A stretch of 64,000 nucleotides of DNA from Octopus sinensis (taxonomy: Eukaryota). Under the pieces are notes generated by a model. The model ran no database searches. It was given only the letters and a program-made list of their open reading frames with translations, and had not been told where the DNA came from. The position numbers and the translations under genes were made by a program. How positions within the stretch are numbered: the stretch's first letter is position 1; each line of letters starts with the position of its first letter. This document shows, piece after piece, positions 1 through 14,474 of this stretch. The stretch spans positions 8,246,001 to 8,310,000 of the forward strand of contig NC_043012.1 in NCBI RefSeq assembly GCF_006345805.1, in the 5' to 3' direction.

Positions 1-230
1 ATCTATCGAGGGAGATAACCTTACAATAAATCACTCGGTCCGTAGCTTAGAAATACTGGGTTGACGTCCAGCGGGAACAGCTTTGTTTCATGGAGGAGGA
101 AAGATCTTCTTCAGTACTTGGTTGTACAATGCTTTCCAATGTGTGTAGTAGTGGCATGTGCACACATTATAAGCCATTTGAAAAGACTATGGAATTTAGT
201 CTCGACCACGGTCGAACAGTGATGATGATG

Positions 231-320
231 TGAGTCCTCATCCATACGCATTACATGACCAAAGCAATGTAGTCTTCTCTCCTGGACACTACATTTGATG
301 CTATAGATATACCCAGCTTG
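231..320 (-). mobile_element. RTE-clade LINE fragment, post-RT C-terminal region
   Basis: Translates SIKCSVQERRLHCFGHVMRMDEDS, matching the RRLxWxGHVxRM motif of RTE/CR1-like LINEs. Confidence 0.65.
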
Positions 321-454
321 TGTGACATAATATACTCAGTCGTTACCCATTACATAAGAATAACAACCAAAATACATGGAACTAAAGACAAACAAAAGAT
401 TAAAGGCAAGAAACATAAAAAGACCTCAGGTGGAGGTGACAAAATGGTGGTTAA

Positions 455-676
455 CCCTTTAGCATTTAAACCGGCCATATCCGGCCAAAAGTATTCTTGC
501 TTGTTTTATGTTCAAACTGGCCATATCTGGTCTCTCACACCAACCCTACAATATCGTTTTAAAAACTAACAGCTACCTCATCAAAATCTCATAGCTCCAA
601 GATAATGCCTGATTAGTTCAAAACAATGTGGATGAAAAAGCATTAGTTTTGGCAGAATAATGTGAACACTAAAGGG
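455..676. mobile_element. piggyBac-type MITE
   Basis: TTAA|CCCTTTAG...CTAAAGGG|TTAA: TTAA TSD at 451-454 and 677-680, CCC-initiated TIRs, no ORF. Confidence 0.8.
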
Positions 677-1602
677 TTAAAGAAAAAGAAAAATCAAGGC
701 TGATGGAATAGAATGGCATGATCAATTGAGGCCACAAGTTGTTGGGCATTTAACATATAAGATGATGTCCGATTTAGACTGGAACTGGTTCTCCATACAG
801 CAAATAATGCCCAAAACAAGTTAACTTGGTAAAACACTTGTTTGAAACAACAAAGTAGATTCTTGAACTTCTCGGTATGTATAGCAGTTCGGAACCAATC
901 ACACACACACACACACACACACACTCAGGTATTTATGACAACAAGAAGTGAAAATATTTACAAACTTTAAAAAAAAAAAGAAGCAGAAAACGGTTTTAAG
1001 ACTCTAGAATAAAAGTTCATGATCACTTTTACGACATCTGTATTGAAACATATGATGATAATAATTATAATAATAATAATGATAATAAACAATAACAACA
1101 AAGGCTAAAAAAAAGTAGCTTGTGTGACAAGACTCCAGTGTTTCATTTTCGAGCCTTATTCTCTTTGTCATAGGCATGTGTTAACATTAGTGTAGGAGAA
1201 GATATATATATATACATGTACTCAAACACACACATGCTAACGTTAGTGTACAAGAAGATATTATATATATATATATATATATAATATATATATACACACA
1301 CACACACATCAGAGGGAACAAAAGATTTTAAAAAATAAAGCACTTGCACTATTAATAGATGCTATTTTAAATCTGACAACATAATTAGCTATCTAATGGC
1401 TGTTAGTATATTACTAAGAGCACTTGAGATACTATGTATAACTCTATGTAACATTGTTTGTAGCAAAACCACTATATTCAAGTAGCTGATGCCACTTGAG
1501 TAACACACTCTCTCGCACACACACCACTCAAATAATATATATTTGAGTATGGGTTTGTAGTATGATATAAAAAAAACAATTAGTAAATGGATAAGTAATT
1601 AC

Positions 1603-2682
1603 CTTTTCGACTTTTATCTTCTTCATAGGTAGTCCAAATCCATCCTCAACTTTGGCATTAAATTCATACGGATCTGGTGTAGGATTTTCCTTTTTAAGAT
1701 GGGGCACATCTCCCCCTCGTGGTTCCAACACTGGATTATAAATGGTAGATGTATCCAACCCATTGCTGATAACAGCAGCTGATGACGACGGGTTATTGTT
1801 TCCATTGGAAACGCAACAGTCAGCACCGGAAGACGGAGCAGGACAGGAAGTAGATGATGACGACGAACAAGGTGTTGACGAAGAAGATGACGACGACAAC
1901 GACGATGATGAAGGTGGTGGTGGTGGTGGTGGTGGCGGTGGACAAGAAATGGATGATGCTGACGACAATGATGATGATGATGCTGTAGATGTGGAATTAG
2001 TTGTAGCCGAACTAGAACTAGTTGATGACGATGATGATGATGATGTCGATGATGACGATGATGATGATGATGATGTAGATGATGTGCCTGAAGCACTGGA
2101 CTTGGTCTTGTCTTTCATCTTCTCCTTCTTGTGGGACCCTTTCATTTTGGGTGACTTCTCCTGTTTACTACTGTTATTGTTATTGTTGTTGCTGTTGCTG
2201 TTGTTGCTGTCACCACCAGGAGACGGTTTCATCTTGTCGGCGAGCAGCAGAACACCATTGGTGCCGCCGCCACTGGCCACCACCACGCTGCTACAAGAGG
2301 CACTACAAGCCGGCCCCGACGCTGCCCCGCTAGTAGTAGCGGCAACAGCATTGCCGCCACCACCGCCGCCGCCCCCTCCGGAGCCGCCCGGCACGCCTGC
2401 GTCACTAACCGACGAGGCGGGACCCACGGAGGACGACCCTCCCGTCGTACCACCGCCTCCGCCAGACGAAGTCACGCCGCCTCCGCCGCCACCTCCACCA
2501 CCACTACTGCCACTGCCACCACCTCCGCCGCCAGGGGTCGATGCTACACACTTTCCAGAATCTGGTTTTACAATTTCATGTTTCGGTTCAGCCTTGTTAT
2601 TTGCTCCACTCACGTTTTTCCTCTTTATCTTCATCTTTAGCCCTTTATCTACAGTTGCTTGGTGCTCGATATTGCTATTCAT
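1603..2682 (-). CDS. First coding exon of a scribbler/brakeless (ZNF608/ZNF609-like) transcriptional co-repressor; gene continues beyond window start
   Basis: Seen: AAA-ATG at 2682, 360 codons, phase-0 donor AAG|GTAATT at 1603/1602, poly-G/S/N/P tracts. Recalled knowledge: EHQATVDKGLKMKIKR...AEPKHEIVK matches the invertebrate scribbler/brakeless N-terminal motif, and KKIKVEK resembles the segment before the conserved EPGTSV-LEGIVW domain. The ORF track's 1528-1602 tail is intron read-through. Confidence 0.8.
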
Positions 2683-3941
2683 TTTAGCCCAGGGCCTTTA
2701 CAGCACAAACTCTCTACCTGAACGATGTCTGGCTGGGCAGTCACTTTAGGACTTTTGAAATTCCTTTTTTCTTTTTTTTCTTTTTTAATCTTATTTTTTA
2801 TAGACTTATTTATTTACTACAGCACTGGGCAAACCGCACCCAGCAAACTGCTCTTCACACATTCACACACACTCACACAAATGTATGTAACAAACATACA
2901 GACATATATATATACACATATATATATCTATGTATAGTATTTCTTTTGCACGTGTGTGTGTGTGTATATACACGTACATGCATACATACACACTCACACG
3001 CACACACTCACATGCACACACTCACTCACTCACACACTCACACCACACGCACGCACAATACAAGGCTGATAGAATACTTTCCTTTTGCAACACACCCCAA
3101 TCACACACATTCACACATACCTCTAGATATACATATACACTCTAACATGTATATATGTACACACACACATATATATATTTATATATATATATATATCTAT
3201 ATATCTATTCTATATCAAGTGAGTAAATATATATTCGTCGTATACATCCGGATTAGGAGTAGTGTCGGATTCTTCCCCGTTTGTTCGGTAATCCTTTGGT
3301 TGGCGTGAGTAAAAAAGTATAGTAAATAATCCTTGATTGTGTGAAAAATACTTCTGACTGTCATGTGTATGTGTGTATAATAGATATACATATATAATAT
3401 ATAAATATATAGAGATATACGTGCGTCTAGATATATACAGTATATATATACAATATATATATGTACATATATAATATATATTATATATATATCATATATA
3501 TGTATATACACACATAACAATGAAGGAAGCTGGTAGGTGATCGTTCACAGAATGAGAGAAGGGTGTCGGAAATGATCTAGCTGTATTGAGAATGGCAGTA
3601 CTGTTGCCGCAACTATTTTTGCTGCTATTACTGAGTAAGCAGGCTGTATAAGATCCATGGTTAACTAACTGGTTAATTCACTTAACCTTGGCTAGCCACA
3701 TAACATATATAACAATATATAATATAATATATTTATATATATATTTACAAGGCCTTTTTAAGTTCAGGCCACTGGTGAAAACACTAATATTATAAGAATT
3801 TTTTTCAGTCTCTCTCTCTCTGTCTCTCTTGTGGGTGTGTGAGTTTCTTCTCTCTTCTATGTATTATCACCGTCTTTTCTCTCACGTTAGATCCAGTAGC
3901 CTGAGTCTCTCTTTTCTCTTCTTGTCTCTGTTTGTGAGGAT
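2683..3941 (-). other. Probable 5'UTR portion of the same exon
   Basis: Strong minus-strand acceptor (tctttctgttttctctttttccattttttcacag|A, AG at 3943-3942); in-frame TAA at 2700-2698 just upstream of the ATG; no SINEs in the interval. Could be more than one exon. Confidence 0.5.
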
Positions 3942-4005
3942 CTGTGAAAAAATGGAAAAAAGAGAAAACAGAAAGATAGAATTAAATCTCTTTCAGGGTT
4001 AACAT

Positions 4006-4409
4006 ACTCTTTACTCTTTTACTTGTTTCAGTCATTTGACTGCGGCCATGCTGGAGCACCGCCTTTAGTCGAGCAATCGACCCCGGGACTTATTCTTTGT
4101 AAGCCCAGTACTTATTCTATCGGTCTCTTGTGCCGAACCGCTAAGTGACGGGGACGTAAACACACCAGCATCGGTTGTCAAGCGATGGTGGGGGGACAAA
4201 CAGACACAAACATATACACACACACACACACATATATACATATATACGACAGGCTTCTTTCAGTTTCCGTCTACCAAATCCACTCACAAGGTATTGGTCG
4301 GCCCGAGGCTATAATAGAAGACACTTGCCCAAGATGCCACGCAGTGGAACTGAACCCGGAACCATGTGGTTGGTAAGCAAGCTACTTACCACACAGCCAC
4401 TCCTGCGCC
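4006..4409 (-). mobile_element. tRNA-derived SINE family A, full length
   Basis: Head GGCGCAGGAGTGGCTGTGTGG (A-box-like), GGTTCAGTTCC (B-box-like), internal TA/TG microsatellite, (AAAAGAGT)n tail, TSD TAACAT on both sides; many copies in window. Confidence 0.9.
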
Positions 4410-4672
4410 TAACATGTAGAAAACTTTTTTAAAAAATATACCTCCTTTGAATATGATAATATAACATCCATCCCATTTTCATTTATTATTATTTATTTAT
4501 TTATTTATTTATTTATTGAGAGAGTGGTAAGGGATGAGAGCCACAACTTCCCAATAAACATGACAGCAGATCTTCAGATGCTGAGAGAAGAAATGCTAGA
4601 GAGAGACAGAAGATAGGAAATGGTAAAGCACTGGGACAGAATTACAGTCACTTTTCACACATGGATTTTAAT

Positions 4673-4709
<37 letters not shown>

Positions 4710-4773
4710 CTAACTGCACTCTCATAATCACACATACAGCAGTATATGTTAATTACAATAGCTAATTTAACTT

Positions 4774-4823
<50 letters not shown>

Positions 4824-5340
4824 TTGCAAACCCTGTTGCTTGCACACTTCTTCCTTTCTATCCTTCTCTCTCTCTCTCTCTCCTTCCATCTAGTTATGCA
4901 CCCCCCCCCCACTTCTCTCTTATCTATATACCTCTCTTTCCATCTATCTATTCTCTCTCTATCTCTGTTATCTACACACTCTTTCCATATCTCTGCCCCA
5001 TTCTCCCTCCCTATTACCTATAAGCTTTCTCTCCTTCCCTCTATCTACTCCTTCTCTCTTATCTACATGTCTCCTTCTACACCCCTCCTATCTCTCCCTC
5101 ACTTTCTCTGTCTCTCTCTCTCTCTCTCTCATGTTTTCTACATTCTCTCTTCTCTTCCAGAAAATATTCTCACTATACATGTACAACAAAAATAATCTAA
5201 CAGTCATATCTGCACACACACACTGCCAGTCACGTATACAACACAGAACCAATGGAGATATTTAGATGTTGCTTATATAAAACTTTACTACCAATCCCAC
5301 CCACAATACACACATTACACTCATACATATGCACAGCATC

Positions 5341-5377
<37 letters not shown>

Positions 5378-5520
5378 TACACACATATACACAGAATGTA
5401 TGCATATATCTATGTAAAAATGTATGCCTGTATGTGAGGGTATGAGGGTGTGTAGCTACATGTATGCCTGTTCATCTGCATGTGTAAATGTGACAATATG
5501 TGCGTATATACGTTTGTGTA

Positions 5521-5561
<41 letters not shown>

Positions 5562-7784
5562 TATACATACATATACACAGATACACACACACACATATAT
5601 ATATACAGATACATACACACACACACACACTCTTATCAGCTGTGTGTATTCCAAGACATTGGTAGGTGTGATGTTGTGGTGTTTATGCCTTTATACTCAA
5701 ACCATGACATCATTGAATCATTTATTCATTAACGAGTAAATTAACCATGGCCTTTCATTCTACCCCTTTTTATCATTTAACATCAACAGCCTTTGAACTG
5801 TCTAACCATAGACCAACTACCTACACACCTATTTACCCCTCTGTTTATCCATGTCCCTAACTATCTACCTATCCATCTATCTACCTTTCAAATCTACCCA
5901 TCCAATCTACCCACATACCTCTCTATTCATCTATCTATATATTTATCTCCCCCATCAACATATCTCTATCTATCTACCTACATATAAACCAGTTTATCTA
6001 GCTATCCAGTTAGTTATTATTTACCTACCTATTCATCCATCAACCATCATCATCATCTAAATCCATATCATTCTATCTTCCTGTGTATCCATCTATCTCT
6101 CTCTCTGTCCATCTATCTATCAATGTCACTATCTACTTATTTATCTATCTCTCTACCATGTATTTCTCCATCTCTCCCTTCCTATCTATCCATCTATCTA
6201 CCTATTGATCTACCTACCTTCATATCTAGCTAACTACCAACCAACGAACGTATCTAGCTATCTTAGTTAGCAAGCAACCTATCTACCTACCTACCTACAT
6301 ACCTATGGATCTATCAATCCACTTACCTATGTACACCTACCTACCTTCCTACCTCCCTATTTACAATCATCAAACAAGAAAATGCTGAAACTGCAGAATC
6401 AGAAGACATTGAAGATAGGAAGGAAGGAAGGAAGAAAGGAAAGAATGAAAGGAAGGAAACGAACAGATCCATGGGGCCAGATTTAACACCAACAGCAGCA
6501 ATCTCTCATTATACAGACCCACCATCACCACTACCACCACCACCTCTGCTATCACCACCACTACTACTACCACTACTGTAATGTATGTATTACATTGCAC
6601 TGACAAACCAACACAGTAACACAATCATGTGTCAGGTCCGTACAGAATAGAGGTGGGAGGAGGATATCTTACACACTCACACACAGAGCATAGCTGAGTG
6701 TGTGTGTGTGTGTGGTGCGTGTGTGTGTGTGCGCGCGTGCGAGTTCTTCACTCTCAGTATATACACATGCCTGAGAGAGACACATCCTCCTCCCACAGAC
6801 ATTTTAGCTGTATGAGTGAGTGAGTAAGAGAGAGAGAGAGGGGGGAGGGGCAAGAATACACAGCTACAGTCCGTGTGTGTGTGTGTGTGTGTGTAGTGGA
6901 GAGGCATACACACAGACACACACACACACACAGCTCTACTGTGTGTGCAAAAGAAGTGGGGCGGAATCGGAAAGACATTTGAACTGATAGTATTCAAGTA
7001 TTATAATTATATGGGATAAGTGTCTACATACACCCATATCCAAATATACACTATACGTACACACACATACACAGCACACACTCACACACACACACACACA
7101 CACAAACAGTAAACACACATACACTAACACAGAAAAGCACTACAAAATTATTTAGTCATAAAGAAGGTGTAAGCACACATTATGTGTCTATGTGTGTGTG
7201 TATAAAAACATATACAGACATATATATATTCATATATACATATGCATATATACACACACGCCTTTGTATGTATATATATACATACATGTCTGTATATATG
7301 TATATATGCACACACACATAGCTTTGTGTGTGTGTGTCTATATGCCTGCATATATATATATATATATGATGATGATTGTGTGTGTGTGTGTGTGTGTGTC
7401 TTTGTTAGTGTATGTCTGTGTGTAAATGTATATATATATATACATTTACACACACACAGACATACACCAACAAAGACACACACACACACAATCATCACCA
7501 TCACCATAACCATCATCATGTGTTCCTATTTCAAAAAAATCAGGGACAACCAGAGTTTCAAGTAAAAGAGAAAAATCCATGAAGTGGAATGGGCCTATAT
7601 TAATTAATTAATTAACGAACTAATTAAACAACACAAGACTGGTCCTGTTTCCTTCACTTCCAGAATCTGTCTGAGAGATAAAAGTCTGAAGCGGAGGGAA
7701 ACAGGTCTAACCTTGTAATATAAAACTCATTTACACACACACACACAAATATATACACCTAGATACATACAGAGTGAATAAATG

Positions 7785-7820
<36 letters not shown>

Positions 7821-9294
7821 CACAAACACATATATGTATATATATATATACCACATATATATTTTTTAATGTGTGTGTGTGTGTATCAATAGCAAGAGAT
7901 AAGAAGGAAAGTACAGCTTGATAAATGTCTGACTGATGCTGAACGACTTACAACAGCCATACCTAGCTCTATTATCATCATCATCATCATCATCGCCATC
8001 ACTGACATCATCATTACCATTATATTATGTTATGTTCCTCACATGCTCTTCACTTCTCTGTCATTCCTCCCACTACAGATTCATCTCTCTCTCTCTCTCT
8101 TGTTACGTGCGCACGTGTGTGCACGTTTTTCATAGTATGTGTGTGTGTGTGTGGTGTAGAAAGAGAGATGATATCAAAATAGACTGATAGTTTAAACGGC
8201 TGGTGTAAAGGAAAAGTGGTGGCGGTGGTGGAGAAGGAGCGTATAGCAATGATATCAAGTGAAGATGTTGAAGTGTTGTGCATGCAGAATAATTTACAGG
8301 ACAGGATTTCTAACCCGAGGGGGAGAAAGAGAGAGAAATAGGGAAAGAGAAGATAATCAGAGAGAAAGATGGAGAGTGAGGAGAGGCAGATATGTAAAGA
8401 GAGAGAGAGAGAGAGAATAGACAGTAAGGGAGAAAGAGTTAAAATGAGATGAGAGACAGACAGACAGACAGAAAAATAGGGAGAGAGGAGAGACAAATAG
8501 ACTGAGAGGTAGAGGGAAGGGAGAGAGAGGAGAGAGAGAAGTAGAGAGAGAAACACAGTTAGGGAGAAAGTGAAAGAGAGAGAGAGGAGAGAGACAGACA
8601 GAAGAATAGAGAGAGACAAACAGACAGAAAGATAGGGAGAGAGGAGAGACATATAGGCAGAGAGATCAAGCGAGAGAGAGGGAAAGATAGGGGTAGGAGA
8701 GAAGGGGAGAGAGGTAGGGATGGAAGGAGTGACAGATAGGTAGAGAGGGGAGAGGTAGAGAGAGGGAGAGGTAGAGAGAGGTGAGAGGGGGAGAGAGAGT
8801 AGAGAGAGAAACAGACAATAAGGGAGAAAGTGTGAAAGAGAGACATAAAGAGAGGAAAAGGCAAGAGAGCAAGAGTGAGGGTGAGAGGGAAGGAGAGACA
8901 AGGCCACATATTCCATGGGGTAGGTGAAGGAGAGGCCGTTAAATCCACCCAGTACTTAATTCTTTAATTTCCTCTTCCCACATGCAAACAACCCCAACAA
9001 GCACCAACACCGACCCCACCGCCAGAACAATGAAATGCTACATTGGCCTCAATGAGGTTTGAACCCACGGTATAGTAATTGGTTGTAAAAAACTGAAAAG
9101 ACATCCAATCCATTCTGTGTTTCTATGACGGAGTTTAAAACACTGACTCATATACATTGTAACAATATATAATGTACACTAATGACTACAATTATATAGA
9201 ATATATAATTACTATATACACACACACCAAACAGGCCGGATTCAATTGCTGAATTGGTGGAACGGAGGACTAGATTGTTCTATTCTTTTATTCA

Positions 9295-9522
9295 TTTACT
9301 TGTTTCTGTTGATGGACTCTTGGTCATGCTAGGGCACTACCTTGAAGAATTTTAGCTGAATGCATGAACCCCGGGACTTATTCTAAGCCTGATGCTCTCT
9401 TTTTGCCAAACTGCTAAGTGATGGGAGATATAAACCAACCATCAAGCAGTGGTGGGGAACAAACACACACGCACAGATATTTAGATACATACACATATAC
9501 ACACACATTCACATACATACAA

Positions 9523-9557
<35 letters not shown>

Positions 9558-9735
9558 TGTGCATGTGCGTATGTACACAATGAGTTTCTTTCAGCTTCCG
9601 TCTACCAAATCCACTCACAAGGCTTTGGTCAGCTAAGGGCTATAGCAGAAGACACTTGCCCAGGGTACCACTTAGCAGGACTGAAACCAGAACCATGTGA
9701 TTAGGAAACAAACTTCTTATCACACAGCCATGCTT
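9295..9735 (-). mobile_element. SINE family A, degenerate
   Basis: Colinear with the 4006-4409 copy with many substitutions. Confidence 0.75.
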
Positions 9736-9809
9736 TGCAGGGTTTACTTTTGTCACAGTACACAGCAAGTTCAAATCCCACCTACAGTGTGTTTGTATAT
9801 TCGTTTTGC

Positions 9810-10225
9810 TACTTTAAGCATGTCTCTCGGAGAGGGATCACTCTGATACAAAACCAGAAAAGCAAGGAATGGCTCTGAACATTTTGAGGAGTTTTTTGAC
9901 TGTGCTTCAGATCATGGCAGCCCCAAGTTCCTATGCGTGCGACCCATATTGGCACTGGATAATCTTGCCCCGAGTTGTCTCTGGAACATATCAGCAAGGT
10001 GGAAAGGGTTTGTGCAAGCCTTATTGGACATGAAATTTTCAAGTTGAGCAATCACCAATGAGGCAACTCTCCGATGTCTGGTCGAGTAGGAGGGCACTAC
10101 AGCAAGCATGAAAACAACAGGTGAGAACTCAGGTGAAGTTGACAAGTGAAATAACCTCATGCACTGGCATTTGGCATGAATTGATCAGTGATGGTCTCAC
10201 GAGTGGACACCAATGATCATCATGA
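9810..10225 (+). mobile_element. Possible bipartite or non-autonomous RTE-type retroelement
   Basis: GGAGAGGGATCACTCTGA resembles RTE 5'UTR motifs; the 3' end finishes in a short GAT/CAT-type tail. Recognition from memory only. Confidence 0.35.
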
Positions 10226-10263
10226 GTGTGTGTGTGTGTGTGTGTATGTAATATATATATATT

Positions 10264-10299
<36 letters not shown>

Positions 10300-10508
10300 G
10301 ATGCCATTTTCTTTGTTGCAAAACAATTACCATCATACTCTTTTACTCGTTTCAGTCACTTGACTGCAGCCATACTGGAGCACCGCCTGTAGTCGAGCAA
10401 ATGCACCCCAGGACTTATTCTTTGTAAGCCTAGTACTTATTCTATTGGTCTCTTTTGCCGAACCGCTAAGTTACAGGGACGTAAACACACCAGCATCAAG
10501 CGACACAA

Positions 10509-10815
<307 letters not shown>

Positions 10816-11004
10816 AAAATATATATATACATATATACGACGGGTTTCTTTCAGTTTCCATCTACCAAATCCACTCACAAGGCTTTGGTCGGCCCGATGC
10901 TATAGTAGAAGACACTTGCCCAAGGTGCCACGCAGTGGAACTGAACCCGGAACCATGTGGTTGGTAAGCAAGCTACTTACTACACAGCCACTACTGCGCC
11001 TAGG

Positions 11005-11523
11005 GTGGTAAGCTAGCAGAATCATTAATATGCCAAATGAAATGAAAATGGCAAGCTGGCAGAATCGTTAGCACATCAAGCAAAATGCTTGGCAGCATTT
11101 CAACCACCTTTACATTCTGAGTTCAAATTCTGCTGAGGTCGACTTTGCCTTTCATCCTTTTGAGGTCAACAAATTAAGTAAGTACCAGTGAAACACTGGG
11201 GGGTTAAATGTAATTGACTAGTTCCTTCCCACAAAATTTCAGGCCTTGTGCCTTTAGTAGAAAGGATTATTATTACTATTATTGCAGTGAGCTGGCAGAA
11301 TTGTTATCACACCAGGTGAAATGCTTAGAGGCATTTCATCTGCCCTTACGTTCCGAGTTCAAATTCCACTGAGGTCAGCTTTACCTTTCATCTTTACAGG
11401 GTCGATGAAATAAGTACCAGTTACGCAATGGGGTCGATGTAATTGACTTGTCCCCCCCCCCACAATTTCAGGGTTGTGCCTACAGTAGAAAGGATCATTA
11501 TTATTATTATTATTATTATTATT
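11005..11523 (+). mobile_element. Tandem cluster of SINE family C (GCTGGCAGAATCGTTAGC head, (ATT)n tail)
   Basis: Two near-full copies plus a partial head; B-box GAGTTCAAATTC; central GCCTTTCATCCTTT..GGTC..TAAGTACC block resembling a shared metazoan SINE middle domain. Other copies at about 12190-12560, 41350-41560, 52070-52260(-) and 58695-59175. Confidence 0.8.
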
Positions 11524-13078
11524 AGTGTAGTGGATTGATATCATTAAATCATTGGATGCAGTATTTGTTCAGACTCTTTAGGGTGTGAGTTCAAACGCAA
11601 CCAAAGTCAGCTTTAATTTTCATTTAATTTTAATTTTCTGATAAACTAAAATATAAGCTCACTGCTGGAGTTGATATAATTAATTAACACTCATTAACTT
11701 TCTGACCTTGTGGCTCTGTTCGATACAATTATAAACCCCATCTTGGTAAGGTGCTGTTAAAAAAGAAGCAACTAGAAATTTCATCATTGTTTTAACATCC
11801 ACTTTTCCATGCCTGCATGGGTCAGACGGAATGTGTGGCAGCAGATTTTCTTCGACTGGATGCCTTTTCTGTCACTAACCTTCCTTATGGCTAGACATGT
11901 TTTCCACTGAAAACTGCAAATGAACAGCATAACTTGTGAGACCGTGACACATGTTTACAGTTATCATATCATGTCAAGACAAAGGTACACAAACACATAC
12001 GCACAATAGACTTCTTTCAGTTTCCATCTATGAAATCCACTCAAAAAGTAACGGTCAGCCCAAAGGGTACAACAAAAGATACCCACCCAAGGTAACACAC
12101 AATGAAACTGAACCGGAGATCCTATAGCTAGGAAGCAAGCTTTTTAACCACACAGTTACACCTGTGCTTACATTAAATACTGCTAAGGTAGGAAGCTGGC
12201 AGAAGTATTAGCATTCTGAGTTCAAATTCTGCCAAGGTCGACTTTGTTTTCCATCCTTTCAGGGTTGATAAATTAAGTACCAGTGAAACACTGGGGGTCG
12301 ATGTAATTGACTAGTTCCTTCCCACCAAGTTTCAGGCCTTGTGCCTATAACAGAAAGGAATTATTAGCATGTCCAGCAAAATGCTTAACAGCATTTCATC
12401 TGTCTTTAAGGTCCAGGTTCAAAGTCCACCATAGTCAACTTTGCCTTTTGTCACTTTCAGGGCCAATAAAATTAATACCATTTAAGCACTGGATTCGATG
12501 TAATTGACTAAAACCTGCCCCAAAACTTGCTGGCCTTGTGCCAAAGTATGAAACTAAGTTCTGCTGAACAAACAGGTGCTAATTAGGTGGCAAATTAAGA
12601 ATATAACACCTTTCATCTTTACCAGTTTTTTTTTGAGAGGTATGCCTCCTTGCAAGGCCTTAGTGACCAATGGGATGAAGGGAAAAGTGTCTCCTCAAAC
12701 CAGAAAGCTGGTCTCCACTGAAGATACCTAAGTCCCCAGGTTGTGTTAAACCAAGCAATCAATCAAAACAGGTTTATTGTCCAAGTAAGTCATGGCAGGA
12801 TTTGAATTCAGAATCCAAAGAGCTGAAACAGATACCATAAGGCACCAAGTAACAAGTTTAAAGTTCTTACAGTTCTGCCAAGCCAGCCACCACCCTAGAT
12901 TCTTCATTTTTTTTCTTTTTCTCTTTATTATTGATTTTGAAATGATGAAAGGCAAAGTTGAACTTGGTGTGACTTGAGTGTGCAGTGAGACGGAACAAAG
13001 GCTATGAGGCATTATATACGTTTGAATGACTGCTTAGTCAGTGTCTAATAATGCATAAAGACAATATATTTATGTATG

Positions 13079-13118
<40 letters not shown>

Positions 13119-13415
13119 CTGTCTATATATACACGCATATATAAAAAGTACTAGCACTGAAGGCAAGTAAAAAAAAAAAAAACACCCAATACACTCTGTA
13201 AACTCTAAAGTGGTTGGTATTAGGAAGGGCATCCAGCTGTAGAAATCATGCCACAACAGACAACTGGAGCCTGCTCCTGTCAAAAGGCCCATCCCGTGCC
13301 AGTATGTAAAATGGACATTAAATGCTGATTCATGCATTTAACTTCTTTCAGAGATATATACAATTACACATACATATATACCTAACCCATTCCAGCTTCA
13401 AACGCAAACATTGAA

Positions 13416-13476
<61 letters not shown>

Positions 13477-13557
13477 TATATATATACAGATATATATATA
13501 TATTATATATATATATATATACAGATATATATATATATATATTACACACACACACAC

Positions 13558-13612
<55 letters not shown>

Positions 13613-14077
13613 TAACATTCACTGATGACTTATTGATAAATGTATGTATGTGTGTATATATATATATGGAATCGGAATTACATTTCCTGCCAATCAAAAT
13701 GGGTTTTACCATTTCCATTTCCTTAATTTCACTAACAAAGTTTCGATCAAGCAGAGGCTACAGCAAAAGCCCCCAGCTGGAGATCCAATAAAGTAGGATC
13801 AAACCGAAAGACCCTCTGAGTGCAAAATGAACCACTAGACCATTAGGACACGCACACACATACACACAAGAGGCTCTTAACAATTCATTCTTCACACAGA
13901 GTTATGCTTGTGGCACATATACTGAAGTGCCTGCTCTGTGTATATGTATATATGTATTTATGTAATTGCACTGAGAGTGTTTAAGTGTGTCTAGTACACA
14001 CAGGGTACAAAGTTCAGTAAATTTCCTTTAATCTGTGTCTGTTGCACACACACATACACACACACTATACATATATG

Positions 14078-14117
<40 letters not shown>

Positions 14118-14474
14118 CAGTGTGTGTGTGTGTGTATGTGTATATATATATATATATATATATGTGAGTGTGTGTCTCAATATATATTATTTAAAACAGT
14201 TTAATTTGGTTTCCCTGCTACTTCAGGTTTTGCAGGCTCCTCCTAATGAAGCCAGACTCCTTAAGGCTTCTGGAATAACCGAATGGGACCTCTCCATGTG
14301 CCAGTACACCACATCCGATAGTTTGAGAAGCACTGTGTTACAGGATTTGCTACAATCTGGATATTTCAACATGCAGGACATCAGGATAGACAATGTACTG
14401 AACTTATAATACACTGGAGCAACTTAAAGTTGTCATTGGTCATATGCTGTAAGTATGCACACACATACATATAT

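Noticed and set aside
1528-1602. C-terminal 24 aa of the 384-aa ORF
   Set aside because: Lies past the AAG|GTAATT donor; AT-rich intron read-through.
1742-2749. 335-aa plus-strand ORF, and the His-rich minus ORF 1623-2096
   Set aside because: Antisense and alternate-frame shadows of the trinucleotide-rich sbb-like exon; no initiation or domain evidence.
8050-8948. 288-aa Leu/Ser-rich ORF
   Set aside because: Translation of degenerate (GA)n sequence.
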